Shown here: positions 21,265 through 32,252 of the stretch, piece after piece
Position numbering within the stretch: the stretch's first letter is position 1
Layout of the letters: each line of letters begins with the position of its first letter
Source of the DNA: an uncultured Gemmatimonadales bacterium
Lineage (GTDB): Bacteria; Gemmatimonadota; Gemmatimonadetes; Longimicrobiales; RSA9
Direction of reading: 5' to 3'
Assembly: GCA_963798845.1 (NCBI GenBank)
Contig: CAWCUS010000001.1
Location: forward strand, 448,001 to 512,000
Length of the DNA: 64,000 nt
Notes under the pieces: generated by a model
What the model was told of the DNA's origin: nothing
Seen by the model: only the letters and a program-made list of their open reading frames with translations
The model's database searches: none
Program-made: the position numbers and the translations under genes

Positions 21265-23754
21265 ATGCACCGACTGCTTGCCGGCGCGCTGCTGCTCGGC
21301 TCCCTCTCAGGCTGCGCGCACGCCGGAGGCGGCGCCCCGACGGCCCCCTCGGCACCGAAGTCGCTGCCCTCCATCGCCTCGAAGACCGCGGGGCTGCAGC
21401 AGCTGCCCGGGTTCCTTCCCCTTTACTGGGACGAGGCGGAGGGGAAGCTCTGGATGGAGGTGCCGGAGCCGGGCACGGAGCTGCTGTACGTGGAAGCGCT
21501 CACGGCGGGCGTCGGGTCCAACGACATCGGCCTGGACCGCGCGCAGCTCGGCCGGACTCGCGTGATCCGGTTCGACCGCATGGGCCGCAAGCTGCTGGTC
21601 GTCGAGCCGAATTACGAATACCGCGCGGTGAGCGAGAACCCGGCGGAGCGGCGGGCAGTGGAGGATGCATTCGCGCGCTCGATCCTGTGGGGCTTCCCGA
21701 TCGCAGCGGAGACCGATGGCCGGGTGCTGGTGGACGCCACGGACTTCCTGATCCGGGACGTCCACGGCGTGGCGCAGCAGCTGAAGCAGACGCACCAGGG
21801 GAGCTACAAGCTCGACAGCGCCCGCAGCGTCATCGACCTGGACCGTACCCGCGCGTTTCCGCGCAACACCGAGGTGGAGGTCATCCTCACCTTCGAAGGC
21901 GAGCCCACGGGCGGCTGGATCCGCTCGGTCACCCCTTCGCCGGAAGCGGTGAGCGTGCGCGAACGCCATTCCTTCGTGCACCTGCCCCCGCCCGGGTACC
22001 AGCCGCGCCGCTTCGACCCGCGCGCCGGGTACTTCGACGTCACGTGGAAGGACTACGCCGCGCCGCTTGGCGAGCCGCTGGAGCAGCGGTTCATCGCCCG
22101 CCACAGGCTGGAGAAGAAGGACCCGACGGCAGCCGTGAGCGAGCCAGTGGAGCCGATCGTCTACTATGTCGACCCGGGTGTGCCGGAGCCGATCCGCTCC
22201 GCGCTCGTGGAAGGCGCGAGCTGGTGGAACCAGGCGTTCGAGGCGGCCGGGTACCGTAACGCGTTCCAGGTGAGGGTGCTGCCGGACACGGCCGACGCCA
22301 TGGACGTCCGCTACAACATGATCAACTGGGTGCACCGGTCGACGCGCGGCTGGAGCTACGGCAGCTCGGTCACCGACCCGCGCACCGGGGAGATCATCAA
22401 GGGGCAGGTCCTGCTCGGCTCGCTGCGCGCGCGACAGGACTACCTGCTGGCCGAGGGGTTGCTCTCGCCGTACGACTCCACGGGTGATGTCCCGCCCGCC
22501 ATGCGAGAGCTGGCCCTGGCGCGCATCCGGCAGCTTTCGGCACACGAGGTCGGCCACACGCTCGGGCTGGCCCACAACTACATCGCCAGCACGGAGGGCC
22601 GGGCTTCCGTCATGGACTATCCGCACCCGCTGGTCAAGCTCGCGCCGGACGGCACCATCGACCTGTCCAATGCGTACGACACCGGAATCGGCGAGTGGGA
22701 CAGGGTCACCATCGCCTACGGCTACTCGGATTTCCCGGACAGCACCGACGAGAAGGCTGCGCTGAAGCAGATCATCTCCGACGCCCGGGCGCGCGGGCTC
22801 ATCTTCCTGACCGACCAGGACGCGCGGCCGGCGGGGAGCGCGCACCCCCAGACGCACCTGTGGGACAACGGCACCGACGCCGCGAGCGAGCTGCGCCGCA
22901 TGCTCGCCGTGCGGAAAGCCGCGCTGGATCGTTTCGGAGAGCGGGCCATCCGCATGGGGATGCCGCTGGCCACCATGGAAGAGGCGCTCGTTCCGCTCTA
23001 CCTGCACCACCGCTACCAGGTCGAAGCGGCCACCAAGGTGATCGGGGGGAAGTACTACACGTTCGCCATGAGGGGGGACGGACAGGCCCCGGTTCGCCGC
23101 GTCCCGGCCGCCCAGCAGGAGGCGGCGCTTTCGGCGGTGCTCGAGACGCTAGCCCCCGCCGTGCTGGCCCTCCCGACGCGACTCGTGGACCTCATCCCTC
23201 CGCGGCCCGCGGGGTTCCCGTCGCACCAGGAGCTGTTCGACCGGTACACGGGGATCACCTTCGACGCCGTTTCCCCCGCTGCGGCCGCCGCCGACCTCAC
23301 GCTCACCTTCCTCCTCGATCCCGAGCGAGCAGCCCGTCTGGTGGAGCAGCACGCGCTCGACCCGTCGCTGCCAGGGCTCCAGGACGTGCTCGGACGCCTC
23401 GAGCGCGCCTCCTTCGGCGCCGCCACCGGCAGCCCGTACGAGGCGGAGATCAGGCGTGTGGTGGAGGAAGCCGTGGTCGAACGGCTCATGCGGCTCGCCG
23501 CCAGCGCGCCCATGCCGCAGGTCCGCTCCGGAAGCGAGCTGGAGCTGCGGGGTCTCCATGACCGGCTGCAGGCCCGGGGCCGCGGCGCGCCCGTCGAGGA
23601 GCGGGCCACCGACCTCCGGCTCGCGGGCGACATCCAGCGCTTCCTGGACCGCCCCGCGGCCCCGTGGTCACCCGCTCAGCCGGTCCCGGCGCCACCAGGC
23701 AGCCCGATCGGGGGCGGGAGCGACTTCATTCAACTTCCGGACGGAACGCCATGA
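21265..23754 (+). CDS. zinc-dependent metalloprotease lipoprotein (DUF5117/DUF4953 Met-zincin type)
   Basis: Lipobox LSGC; DPRTGEII, HEVGHTLGLAHN, SVMDY Met-turn. Confidence 0.92.
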   Translation: MHRLLAGALLLGSLSGCAHAGGGAPTAPSAPKSLPSIASKTAGLQQLPGFLPLYWDEAEGKLWMEVPEPGTELLYVEALTAGVGSNDIGLDRAQLGRTRVIRFDRMGRKLLVVEPNYEYRAVSENPAERRAVEDAFARSILWGFPIAAETDGRVLVDATDFLIRDVHGVAQQLKQTHQGSYKLDSARSVIDLDRTRAFPRNTEVEVILTFEGEPTGGWIRSVTPSPEAVSVRERHSFVHLPPPGYQPRRFDPRAGYFDVTWKDYAAPLGEPLEQRFIARHRLEKKDPTAAVSEPVEPIVYYVDPGVPEPIRSALVEGASWWNQAFEAAGYRNAFQVRVLPDTADAMDVRYNMINWVHRSTRGWSYGSSVTDPRTGEIIKGQVLLGSLRARQDYLLAEGLLSPYDSTGDVPPAMRELALARIRQLSAHEVGHTLGLAHNYIASTEGRASVMDYPHPLVKLAPDGTIDLSNAYDTGIGEWDRVTIAYGYSDFPDSTDEKAALKQIISDARARGLIFLTDQDARPAGSAHPQTHLWDNGTDAASELRRMLAVRKAALDRFGERAIRMGMPLATMEEALVPLYLHHRYQVEAATKVIGGKYYTFAMRGDGQAPVRRVPAAQQEAALSAVLETLAPAVLALPTRLVDLIPPRPAGFPSHQELFDRYTGITFDAVSPAAAAADLTLTFLLDPERAARLVEQHALDPSLPGLQDVLGRLERASFGAATGSPYEAEIRRVVEEAVVERLMRLAASAPMPQVRSGSELELRGLHDRLQARGRGAPVEERATDLRLAGDIQRFLDRPAAPWSPAQPVPAPPGSPIGGGSDFIQLPDGTP

Positions 23755-24137
23755 GCAACATCCTCTTTCACGCCCACTCCGGGCTGCGCTACCTCGTCCT
23801 GCTGAGCGCCGTGGTCGCGTTCGGCTACGCCCTCGTACGCTGGATTCAGCACGCGCCCGAAGCCGGTGCCGGACGTGCGCTGACCGCCGCGTTCGTCGGC
23901 GTTCTCGATCTCCAGATACTGCTCGGGATCACGCTCGTCTTCTTCCGCCCCTGGTTCCCCGCCCTGGCCGGCCACATCGCCATGATGGTCCTCGCCGCCG
24001 GGGCGGCGCACTCCACGAGCGTCCTCGCTCGGCGGACGACCGGCGAAGGAGCGCACCGGATCGCGGCGATCGGCATCGGCGTGACGATCCTGCTCATCGT
24101 GGCGGGAATCCTGTCCATCGGCCGCGCCGTGGTCTGA
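23751..24137 (+). CDS. small four-TM membrane protein
   Basis: HAHSGLRYLVL, DLQILLG, GHIAMM; ATGA overlap. Confidence 0.8.
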   Translation: MSNILFHAHSGLRYLVLLSAVVAFGYALVRWIQHAPEAGAGRALTAAFVGVLDLQILLGITLVFFRPWFPALAGHIAMMVLAAGAAHSTSVLARRTTGEGAHRIAAIGIGVTILLIVAGILSIGRAVV

Positions 24138-24157
24138 GGGTCTCGGGGCCGATGCAG

Positions 24158-24190
24158 AGCGCCCCGCCGGCAGCGTGCCGGCGGGGCGCT
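24158..24190. terminator. intrinsic terminator-like hairpin between convergent genes
   Basis: AGCGCCCCGCCGGCA-GCG-TGCCGGCGGGGCGCT perfect 15-bp stem. Confidence 0.75.
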
Positions 24191-24215
24191 TTCACTGCCT
24201 CCCGCTCGACGCCCG

Positions 24216-25586
24216 TCAGTGCCCACCGCCGCCATCGCCGCCACCACCCGGCTTGGACGGCTTGGAGGAAGGCTTGGGCGTCGAAGGTCGCGGCGCCGGC
24301 GTCGCCCGAGGCGGCGGCGAGGACCGCTCCACTCGCGGCGGCGAGGAGCGGGGCTCCGTCGACGGCGAGGCCGCGCGCTGCGGCTTGGGCTTGCTCCGCT
24401 CCACGCGCGGCGTGACCGCGCGGGGCTCGGCTCGTGGCTCCGACGGGCGGTCCACGCGTGGCGGCGCTTCGACCGCCGACGGGGCCGCCTTCTCACCTCG
24501 CGACGGGAACATGTCCGGCAGGGTGGGACCGGCTCGTTCCGGCGTGTCGGGATCTCCGAGCGTGCGCCGGCCAGCGGCGTCGTCCGCCGAGCCGTCGTCG
24601 GCCCGCTTTGGGACCGGACCGCGGAGCACCGGTCGCTCCTTGCTCACGCGCTCTCCGGCGCCTGGTAGCAGCGAGCCTCGATCCCCGAGCGTGCCCGTCC
24701 TTTCTTCGGTGCCGCGCAGCGGGGGCCGCGTCTTCTCCGTGCCGTCCCTGCCGCCGTTCCGATCGATCACGCCGCCCACGCGACGCGCGGGCACGCCGTC
24801 GTCGCTGGACCCTTCGGCCACCCAGCCGGGCGGGACCCCCGGGCGCTTGGGCAGCTTGTCCTTGATCCTGGGCAGCGGCCTGGTGCTGTCCGCCGGCGGC
24901 TGCGTCCGGTCCTGCTTCGGGCACACCACCCAGCCGGCGTAGTAGGCGTCAGTGGGCACGGAGAGGATGATGCCGTTGCCGCAGTTCACCCAGACGTACT
25001 GGCGCTGCATGCCGTACGGGCTGTACCACAGGTTGGTGGGCCAGACCACGTGGTACGCCACGGTCCAGTCCGTGACGCCGGGGTTCGGCACGATCTCCTG
25101 CGCCAGCAGGTCCGCCGCGTGGTACGGGCTCATGGTGGCGAGCCGGTGCTGGAGCCACGGCGCGTACCCCGTCGCCATGAACGCCGCCACGTCCATGGCT
25201 CGCTCCGAGGCGATCAGGACGATGTACGTGGGTCCCGCCCCGTAGACCAGCGACTGGTTGCTGGCGAATCGCATCGACGACGTCGCGGTCCGGACATCGT
25301 GGCGGCCGCTGGCGAAGCGCTGCTGGCCGCCGTAGCCGATGGCCGGGTAGATCATGCGCAGGCTGCTGCCCGGCTGTATTGCGAAGATGGCCACGTGGGC
25401 GGGGCGGTTGACGTCAAACGACGCAAAGCCGTTGTACTCGTCGTACCAGATGGACGCTTGCAGCGGCATGTCGTAGCCGCCGACGCCGTACGCCGGGGTG
25501 GCGTAGCCATCCGGGCCCGCGCCAACGGTGCGCGGCGCATAACACGCGGACACGCCCAGGAGGAGGAGCGGGAGCATGGTTCGCAT
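24216..25586 (-). CDS. lipoprotein with DUF4384-like domain and long Pro/Arg-rich disordered tail
   Basis: Lipobox VSAC; FDVNRPAHVAIF...LRMIYP; low-complexity C-terminus. Confidence 0.7.
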   Translation of the reverse strand: MRTMLPLLLLGVSACYAPRTVGAGPDGYATPAYGVGGYDMPLQASIWYDEYNGFASFDVNRPAHVAIFAIQPGSSLRMIYPAIGYGGQQRFASGRHDVRTATSSMRFASNQSLVYGAGPTYIVLIASERAMDVAAFMATGYAPWLQHRLATMSPYHAADLLAQEIVPNPGVTDWTVAYHVVWPTNLWYSPYGMQRQYVWVNCGNGIILSVPTDAYYAGWVVCPKQDRTQPPADSTRPLPRIKDKLPKRPGVPPGWVAEGSSDDGVPARRVGGVIDRNGGRDGTEKTRPPLRGTEERTGTLGDRGSLLPGAGERVSKERPVLRGPVPKRADDGSADDAAGRRTLGDPDTPERAGPTLPDMFPSRGEKAAPSAVEAPPRVDRPSEPRAEPRAVTPRVERSKPKPQRAASPSTEPRSSPPRVERSSPPPRATPAPRPSTPKPSSKPSKPGGGGDGGGGH

Positions 25587-25676
25587 GGGATTCCTCCGGG
25601 TCAGGTTCATCGAAACTACATCTCCTCCCGTCGGATGGTTCCATCTGTCATGAAATATAGGGCATCGCCGCCCGGA

Positions 25677-25692
25677 CGGCAGGGTCGTTGCA
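25677..25692 (+). promoter_or_regulatory. sigma54-type promoter for the cold-shock protein gene
   Basis: CGGCAG-GGTCG-TTGCA (GG-N10-GC). Confidence 0.5.
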
Positions 25693-25766
25693 GCGATCGT
25701 CAGATGCGGGCGGGGTCGCGCGGAGGCGGGCCCGCCCGGCCCAACCGACACGGAGGAGGTCCCCCA

Positions 25767-26048
25767 GTGCCACGGGAAAGCGGCAAGGTCAAATGGTTCT
25801 CGGACGCCAAGGGCTACGGCTTCATCGAGTCCGAATCCGGCGACGACGTCTTCGTCCACCACACGTCCATCGAGGGCAACGGGTACAAGACGCTGAGCGA
25901 AGGCGAGCGCGTGGAGTACGAGGTGGTGGAGGAGCCGAAGGGGCGGAAGGCGCGGGACGTGGTCCGGCTGGACGCCGCGGGCGACGCATCCGATCCCCGG
26001 CGGGACCGGGCGATCCAGAGCCCCATGGACCACAAGCCGCGGCGCTAG
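25767..26048 (+). CDS. cspA: cold-shock domain protein with C-terminal extension
   Basis: GKVKWFSDAKGYGFI, DVFVHH; GGAGG RBS. Confidence 0.93.
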   Translation: MPRESGKVKWFSDAKGYGFIESESGDDVFVHHTSIEGNGYKTLSEGERVEYEVVEEPKGRKARDVVRLDAAGDASDPRRDRAIQSPMDHKPRR

Positions 26049-27156
26049 CGCGAGCCCGGGTCGGCGGCGTCGAAGAGCCCGAGCTGGCCGTCGGTACGGG
26101 GGCGCCGGAACGCCGTCGCGTCCAGCTCGATCCGGCCGTCCTCCAGGCCGCAGCGCCGGAGTGCGGCCCGGAACAGCTGGTGCAGCTGCTCCGCGTACGG
26201 CCCCTCTCCCTTCATGCGTGAGCCGAAGCGCGGGTCGTTGAGAGCGCCACCGCGGACTTCGCGGATGCGGTGCAGAACGCGTCCCTTCCGGTCCGGGAAA
26301 TGTGCCTCCAGCCAGTCGGCGAACAGCCCCTTCACCCCGTGCGGCAGCCGGACCACGAGCATGGAGGCGGCCACGGCGCCGGCCGCCGCGGCCGCCTCCA
26401 CCAGCGCGGGCACCTCCTCGTCCGTCAGGCCGGGGATCACAGGCGCGATCATGGCGCGCACGGGGACGCCCGCGTCGGTGAGCGCCCGCATGGCCTCCAG
26501 GCGGCGGGCGGGCGAAGACGTGCGCGGCTCCATCACCCGCTGGAGCTCGGGCCGTAGCGTGGTCAGCGACAGCGCCACGGTCGCGGCGCGGTGCGTCGCC
26601 AGATCGCCAAGCAGGTCAATGTCGCGGGTGACCAATGGTTCTTCGTGATCACGGAGACCGGGTGACGGAACTCCGCCAGCACTTCCAGGCAGGCGCGCGT
26701 GAGGCGTAGCCGCCGTTCGACAGGCTGGTACGGGTCGGTCACGCCGCTCAGGCCGATGGGGGACGGCTCCCAGCGCGGCGACGCGAGCGCCTTCCGCAGC
26801 AGCACCGGCGCGTCCTCCTTCACCAGGATCCGGGTCTCGAAGTCCAACCCGGCCGAAAAGCCCAGGTACTCGTGCGTGGGACGAGCGTAGCAGTAAATGC
26901 AGCCGTGCTCGCAGCCCCGGTACGGGTTCAGCATCCAGCTGCACGGCACGTCTGGGCTGTCGTTGCGGTTCAGGATGGAGCGCGAGGCGTCCCGAAAGAA
27001 CAGCGTGCGCGGCGCCGGGCCGTCCGGGTCCGTCCACGACTCGGTGGCCACCACGTGGAGCCGCTCGAAGCGGTTCGCCGGGTTGTCCGTGGCGCCCCGC
27101 CCCCGGAGCGCGCGGTCGGCCGCGGGCTGCCCCTCGGGCGCGCCGGTGCCCGTCAC
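26045..27156 (-). CDS. PA0069/Rv2578c-family (SPL-like) radical SAM protein, interrupted by a 1-nt frameshift near 26634
   Basis: NPYRGCEHGCIYCYARP, TDPYQPVE in one frame; LVTRDIDLL...APVIPGLTD...QLGLF in the other frame. Confidence 0.88.
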
Positions 27157-30100
27157 GAGCGCGCCCCCGACACCGCCGGAGGGGCCGCCGGGCGCTTGCG
27201 CGGCTCCATCTCACGGAATCGACTCGCCACCACGTTCAGCACGCGGCCCTCGCGCTCGAAGCGCCCCTGGACCAGAAGGAACGGCGAGTTGTTGATCGCC
27301 TCCCGGTATGCCTGGTACACGGGTGGCGGGATGATCACGTTGATGAAGCCGGTCTCGTCCTCCATCAGGATGAACACCGTGCCGTTGGCAGTGGCCGGGT
27401 GCTGCCGGGCGACGACCAGCCCCGCCACCACCACGGGCGCCCGGTCCGGCACGTCCGGCAGCTCGGCGGAGCCGACCACGCCATAGTCCTTCAGCCGCGG
27501 CCGGATGTGCTCCATCGGGTGACCGGCCACGGAGATGCCGGTGGCCAGGTAGTCGAGGAAGATGAGGTCCTCGTCGTCCATCTCATCGGGCCGGAACGGG
27601 AGCCGGCGGGCGGGAGCCAGCGGGAGCGTGTCGCCCGCGGCGCGCAGCGCTTCCCACGCCGCCTTCCGACGCCCCGGCTCGAAAGCCTCGAACGCGCCGG
27701 CCCTCGCCAGGTGCAGCGCGTCCGCGCGGGTGAGGCCGGCGCGCCGGACCACGTCGGCCACGGAAGTGATCGGGCCACCGGCGCCCGCCCGCTGAAGCCG
27801 GTCCCGGGCCTCCTCGCCCAGCCCCCGGATGTGCTTCCAGCCGATGCGGACGGCCGGCTGGCGGTCCGCGGAGCCGCCGACGCCGCCGACGGACGCCCGA
27901 TCGGCCCGGTGGGCGGCCGTGGCCCAGTCGCCGGCGGCACCGTCGTCGCCCGGCTCCAGCGTGCAGTCCCACTGGCCGTGGCGGAGGCAGGGCGGGCGGA
28001 CCTCCACGCCGTTGCGGCGGGCCTCGTGGACCAGCGTGGCCGGCGGGTAGAAGCCCATGGGCCACGCGTTCAGCAGCGCCATGAGGAAGTCGGCCGGGTA
28101 ATGCGCCTTCAGGTACGCGGTGGCGTACGCGATGAGGGCGAAGCTCCAGGCGTGGCTCTCGGGGAAGCCGTAGTTGGAGAAGGAGTAGAGGTCGTCCGTG
28201 ATCCGCTCGGCGTTCTCCGGCGACACGCCGTTCCCGGTCATCCGCTCCTTCAGCCGCTGGATGGCCGCGTGCAGCTTCGGCAGCTTGCGACGGTGCCCCA
28301 TGGCGCGCCGGAGCTCGTCCGCCTCCGCGGCCGTGAAGCCGCCCAGCGCCATGGAGATGGCCATGGCCTGCTCCTGGAAGATCGGGATGCCGTACGTGCG
28401 CCGGAGGATCGGCTTCAGCCGCTCGTCCAGGTACTCCACCTCCTCCAGCCCGAGCCGGCGACGCGTGTAGGGGCGGACGAACCGGGCCTGGATCGGACCC
28501 GGGCGGATCAGCGCCACCTGGACCACGATGTCGTACAGCCGCCGCGGCTGCGTCTGGAGGATGGACTGGATCTGCGCCCGGGACTCGATCTGGAACGTGC
28601 CCAGCGTGTCCCCGCGGCCGATCATGTCGTACGTGGCCGGATCGTCCACGGGGAGGTCGTAGAGCGCCATCTCCCGGCCGGTGCGCGCGCGGATGGCGTC
28701 GAACGCCTTGTGCACGACGCTGAGGCCACCCAGCCCCAGGAAGTCGAACTTCGGCACGCCCGCGGCGTCCAGGTCGTCCTTGTCGAACTGGAGGATGGTG
28801 CGCCCCATCGTCGTCTCCTCGATGGGGAGGAACTCGCCCAGTGGCGCGCTGGACAGGACGAAGCCGCCCGGGTGCGTCGAGCGGAGCCGCGGAACGTCGT
28901 CGAGCGAGCGGAGCGCGGACAGCAGCGCCCGCCCCTTCGGCGACGCCGTGTCCACCCCGAACTGCGCGGCCAGCCCCGCGGTCAGCTCCTCCGCCGCCTC
29001 CGCCGGCTCCCGGCCGTGCAGCCGCTTGCTGAGATTGAACGCCGTCTCCGCCGGCCAGCCCAGGGCCCGCATGCAGTCCTGGATGGCCGTGGGCGCGTGG
29101 AAGACCTGCGTCACGGCCGTGATGGCGGCGTGCTGCCGGCCGTAGCGCGTGTACATGTAGTCCAGGACCTCCTCGCGCCGGTGCATCTCGAAATCCACGT
29201 CAATGTCCGGCGCCTCCGTCAGCCCGTCGGTGCGCACCTCGCTGAGAAAGCGCTCGAAGAGCAGCCCGTGGCGCACCGGGTCGACCGCGGTGATCTCGAG
29301 GCAGAAGGCCACGGCGGAGTTCGCCGCGCTCCCCCGACCCTGGCACAGGATCCCCCGCGACCTCGCCTCCCGCACCGCGTCCCACATGACCAGGAAGAAG
29401 CCCGAGAAGCCCAGCCGGTCGATCACCCCCAGCTCGTGCTCCAGCTGCGCCCGCTGGCGCGCGTCCAGCTCACCCCAGCGCTTCTCCGCGCCCCGGAACG
29501 TCAGCTCCCGCAGCCACGAGCCGTCCGTCTGGCCTCGGGGCACCGGAAACTTCGGCAGCGGCGGACGCACCCACCTCAAGTCGAACGCGCACGCCTCCGC
29601 GATGGCCGCAGAAGTCTCCAGCCCCGCTTCCCGCCCCTTCCACAGCGTGCCCATCTCCGCCGGGCTCTTGAGCCGCCACTCCCCGTTCGGGTGCAGCACC
29701 CCCCAGCTCGCCGCCGTGTCGATGTCCAGGTCGGCCCGCAGCGCCGTGAGGAGGTCGTGCACCAGGCGGGTGCCGCCGTCCACGTAGCGCGGGTCGTTCG
29801 TCGCCACCCACGGCACCCCCTGCCGCTCCGCCAGCTCGATCAGCGCTCCCACCAGTGCGCCCTCCTCCCCCGACACGTGGTGCAGCCCCACTTCCACCGC
29901 CAACCGTCCCGGGAACAGCTCCCGCAACCGCGACAGCAGGAACACCGCCTCCTCCGGCCGACCCTGCCGCAGCATGCTCGCCAGCTCCCCCTCCGCGGGG
30001 CCCGTCAGCAGGTGCAGCCCACCGGTCCGCCCCTCCAGATCCGACAGGGTGAGAAGCGGCTGACCGCGCGGAGGGATCGGATCCCCCGCCTCCATGCCCG

Positions 30101-30760
30101 TGCGAGTGCCGTGCCAGCGCCCGTGCGAGTGCCCGTGCTCGTGCGGGTGCGTGCCCCCGCCCGGCTACCGCCGCGGGTGACGGCCCGGGCATCGCCGCGG
30201 GTGCCGGCCCGGCTGGCGCCCGGCGAGGCGGCGAGCGGTCGTCGCCGAGAGGTCACCGCCGTCGCCCGCGTGCGAACCCGCCCGTCCCGGTCCAGGTGCA
30301 GACCCGCCCCCGGTGCCCGCCTCGCGCTCCCGGAATCCGGGTACCACCCCGACCCGGAAGCGGAGCTCGACCCCGGAGCGGAGCTCGACCCCGGAGCGGA
30401 GCCGTCCCCCTCCTCCGCATAGATCGCTACCCGCTCCGCCTTCTCCGCGAGCCACGCCCCCCAGTCCCCCATGCGGCTCCGCGTCACCAGCCCCGCCAGG
30501 TTGCGGAATCCCTCCCGGTCCGAGGCCAGCAGCGCCAGCGGATGCCCGTCCACCACCAGCTCTGCCCCCACCACCGGCCGGATTCCCGCGCTCCCCGCCG
30601 CCAGTGCGAAGCGGATCACTCCGCCCAGGTCCGAGCAGTCCGTCAGCCCGAGCGACCCATGCCCTTGCCCGGCCGCCGCCCGGACCAGCGTCTCGGGTGT
30701 GGCCGAGCCATCGCCGAAGGAGAAGGCGGAGTGCGCGCGAAGCTCGGTGAATCCGGTCAT
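27153..30760 (-). CDS. dnaE2: error-prone DNA polymerase DnaE2 (ImuC), interrupted by a 1-nt frameshift near 30109
   Basis: N-terminal [16 protein letters not shown] (30760-30110); [32 protein letters not shown] fold (27153-30095). Confidence 0.92.
30361..30401. repeat. 18-bp in-frame tandem repeat inside the dnaE2 insertion
   Basis: CGGAGCTCGACCCCGGAG x2 plus partial, encoding SAPGSS repeats. Confidence 0.8.
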
Positions 30761-30907
30761 GGCCTCCCCTGCACCGGCTGCGCGCCCGCCCGTGCCGGGA
30801 GGCTGCGCCTGCGATTGGCGGCTCCGGAACGACGCACCACGCCATTCCCCCGCGGGGATGGAGGGCTTGGCCGATACGAAGGCCGCCGGCGAGCGGCGGC
30901 CCCGAAG

Positions 30908-30963
30908 CCGAAGGTTTACCGAAACAAAGAATGGCATCACCCAGAACCGAAAACAACCCGAAA
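30908..30963 (-). promoter_or_regulatory. dnaE2 promoter with two TTTCGG-N6-TTCGG boxes
   Basis: Minus strand TTTCGG GTTGTT TTCGG (30947-30963) and TTTCGG TAAACC TTCGG (30908-30924) around TTGTTT-N17-CATTCT with an extended TG. Confidence 0.65.
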
Positions 30964-31094
30964 GGCGGCGGCGGGGTCTTTGCCCGGAATGCCGCGCGCG
31001 TTATGCTAATCGCACCGCGGTCTGGAGGCCGCGGCACCCATCATCCACGCCGCAGGTCGTCCCGCAGGCGACGCAACATCCCGGAGGTTCTTGC

Positions 31095-32201
31095 ATGACG
31101 CAGCATTCGAGTCGGGCCGGTCACCCCGTTTTCCGCGCGGCGCGTTTCGGCCCGGTACTGGCCGCAGCGCTCTTCCTGGTCCCGACGGGAGCGCGGGCGC
31201 AGGGCGTCACGTACAGGGAAGTGAGCCGGACCGAGCTGAGCGGCACGGCGGGCAAGGTGCTGAAGGTGCTGAGCGGGGGGATGAAGTCCGAGCAGACCGT
31301 GAGCATCGGGGACGGGAAGATGCGCACCGACAGCGAGGGGTCCTCGACGATTCTGGACACGCAGGCGAAACGCTGGATCTTCCTGGACCACGAGAAGAAG
31401 CAGTACTACGCCATGTCGCTGGACGACATGATGGAGTCCATGTCGCAGATGGGGGCACAGATGAAGGAAGCGGCAGCCCAGCAGCCCGCGCAGGCGCAGC
31501 GGGGCACGGCGGCGGATTCTTCCGGCATCGAGTGGAGCTTCGATCTGGCCGTGGATCGCACGGGCCGCAAGGAGCAGGTCTCCGGCTACCCCGCCGAGGA
31601 GGTCCTGCTGACCCTCAAGATCCAGGGCAAGGGAACGGACCAGGAGACCGGCGACACCGCCAGCATGAACATGGTCCTCCTCAATGACCTCTGGATGAGC
31701 ACCGACGCCGCCCTCACCAGCGCCATGAAGGAGTTCGGCGCCGGGATGAGCGAGGCCGCCCGGGAGAGCGGGGCCTCGATGACGGCAGGAATGGAGGAGG
31801 CCTTCGGCCAGGACCCGCGGATCAAGGCCGGGATGGAGAAGGCTGCGAAGGAGGCCGCGAAGCTCGAGGGGATCCAGCTCAAGGGCACCACCTACGTCGT
31901 CCTCCTGCCTCCCGGCACGGAGTTCGATCGTCAGCTCGCCCTCGAGGGCCCCCGAAAGAAGGAGGGCAGCGGCGCTTCCGACGCCGCCAAGAAAGCGGTC
32001 TCCAACAAGCTGGGCGGACTCCTCGGCCGCAAGCCGAAGGAGGAGCCGACAGAAGAGACACCGGCTGCCCCTCAGCAGGCCACGCTCATGACCACCACCA
32101 CCGAGGTCACGAGCATCGATGTCGGCCCCGTGCCCGCCGACCGCTTCGCCGTTCCGGCCGGCTACACCGAGGTGCATCCCCCAACGGCCACGGGCGGCTG
32201 A
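31095..32201 (+). CDS. secreted protein (DUF4412-like)
   Basis: Signal peptide ARA-Q; KMRTD...STILD...LDHEKKQY; FAVPAGY C-terminus; GGAGG RBS. Confidence 0.75.
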   Translation: MTQHSSRAGHPVFRAARFGPVLAAALFLVPTGARAQGVTYREVSRTELSGTAGKVLKVLSGGMKSEQTVSIGDGKMRTDSEGSSTILDTQAKRWIFLDHEKKQYYAMSLDDMMESMSQMGAQMKEAAAQQPAQAQRGTAADSSGIEWSFDLAVDRTGRKEQVSGYPAEEVLLTLKIQGKGTDQETGDTASMNMVLLNDLWMSTDAALTSAMKEFGAGMSEAARESGASMTAGMEEAFGQDPRIKAGMEKAAKEAAKLEGIQLKGTTYVVLLPPGTEFDRQLALEGPRKKEGSGASDAAKKAVSNKLGGLLGRKPKEEPTEETPAAPQQATLMTTTTEVTSIDVGPVPADRFAVPAGYTEVHPPTATGG

Positions 32202-32214
32202 TCCACCGCCCGAC

Positions 32215-32252
32215 CGACGGCAGCCGGCGCGCGCCTCGCCTCCGCTGCCGTC
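32215..32252 (+). terminator. hairpin after the secreted protein gene
   Basis: CGACGGCAGC ... GCTGCCGTCG inverted repeat. Confidence 0.5.

Noticed and set aside
30096..30164. His-rich peptide ([14 protein letters not shown]) in the dnaE2 main frame
   Set aside because: It is an alternative reading of the TGTRTG repeat; repeat comparison places the frameshift near 30109, so it is probably not translated.
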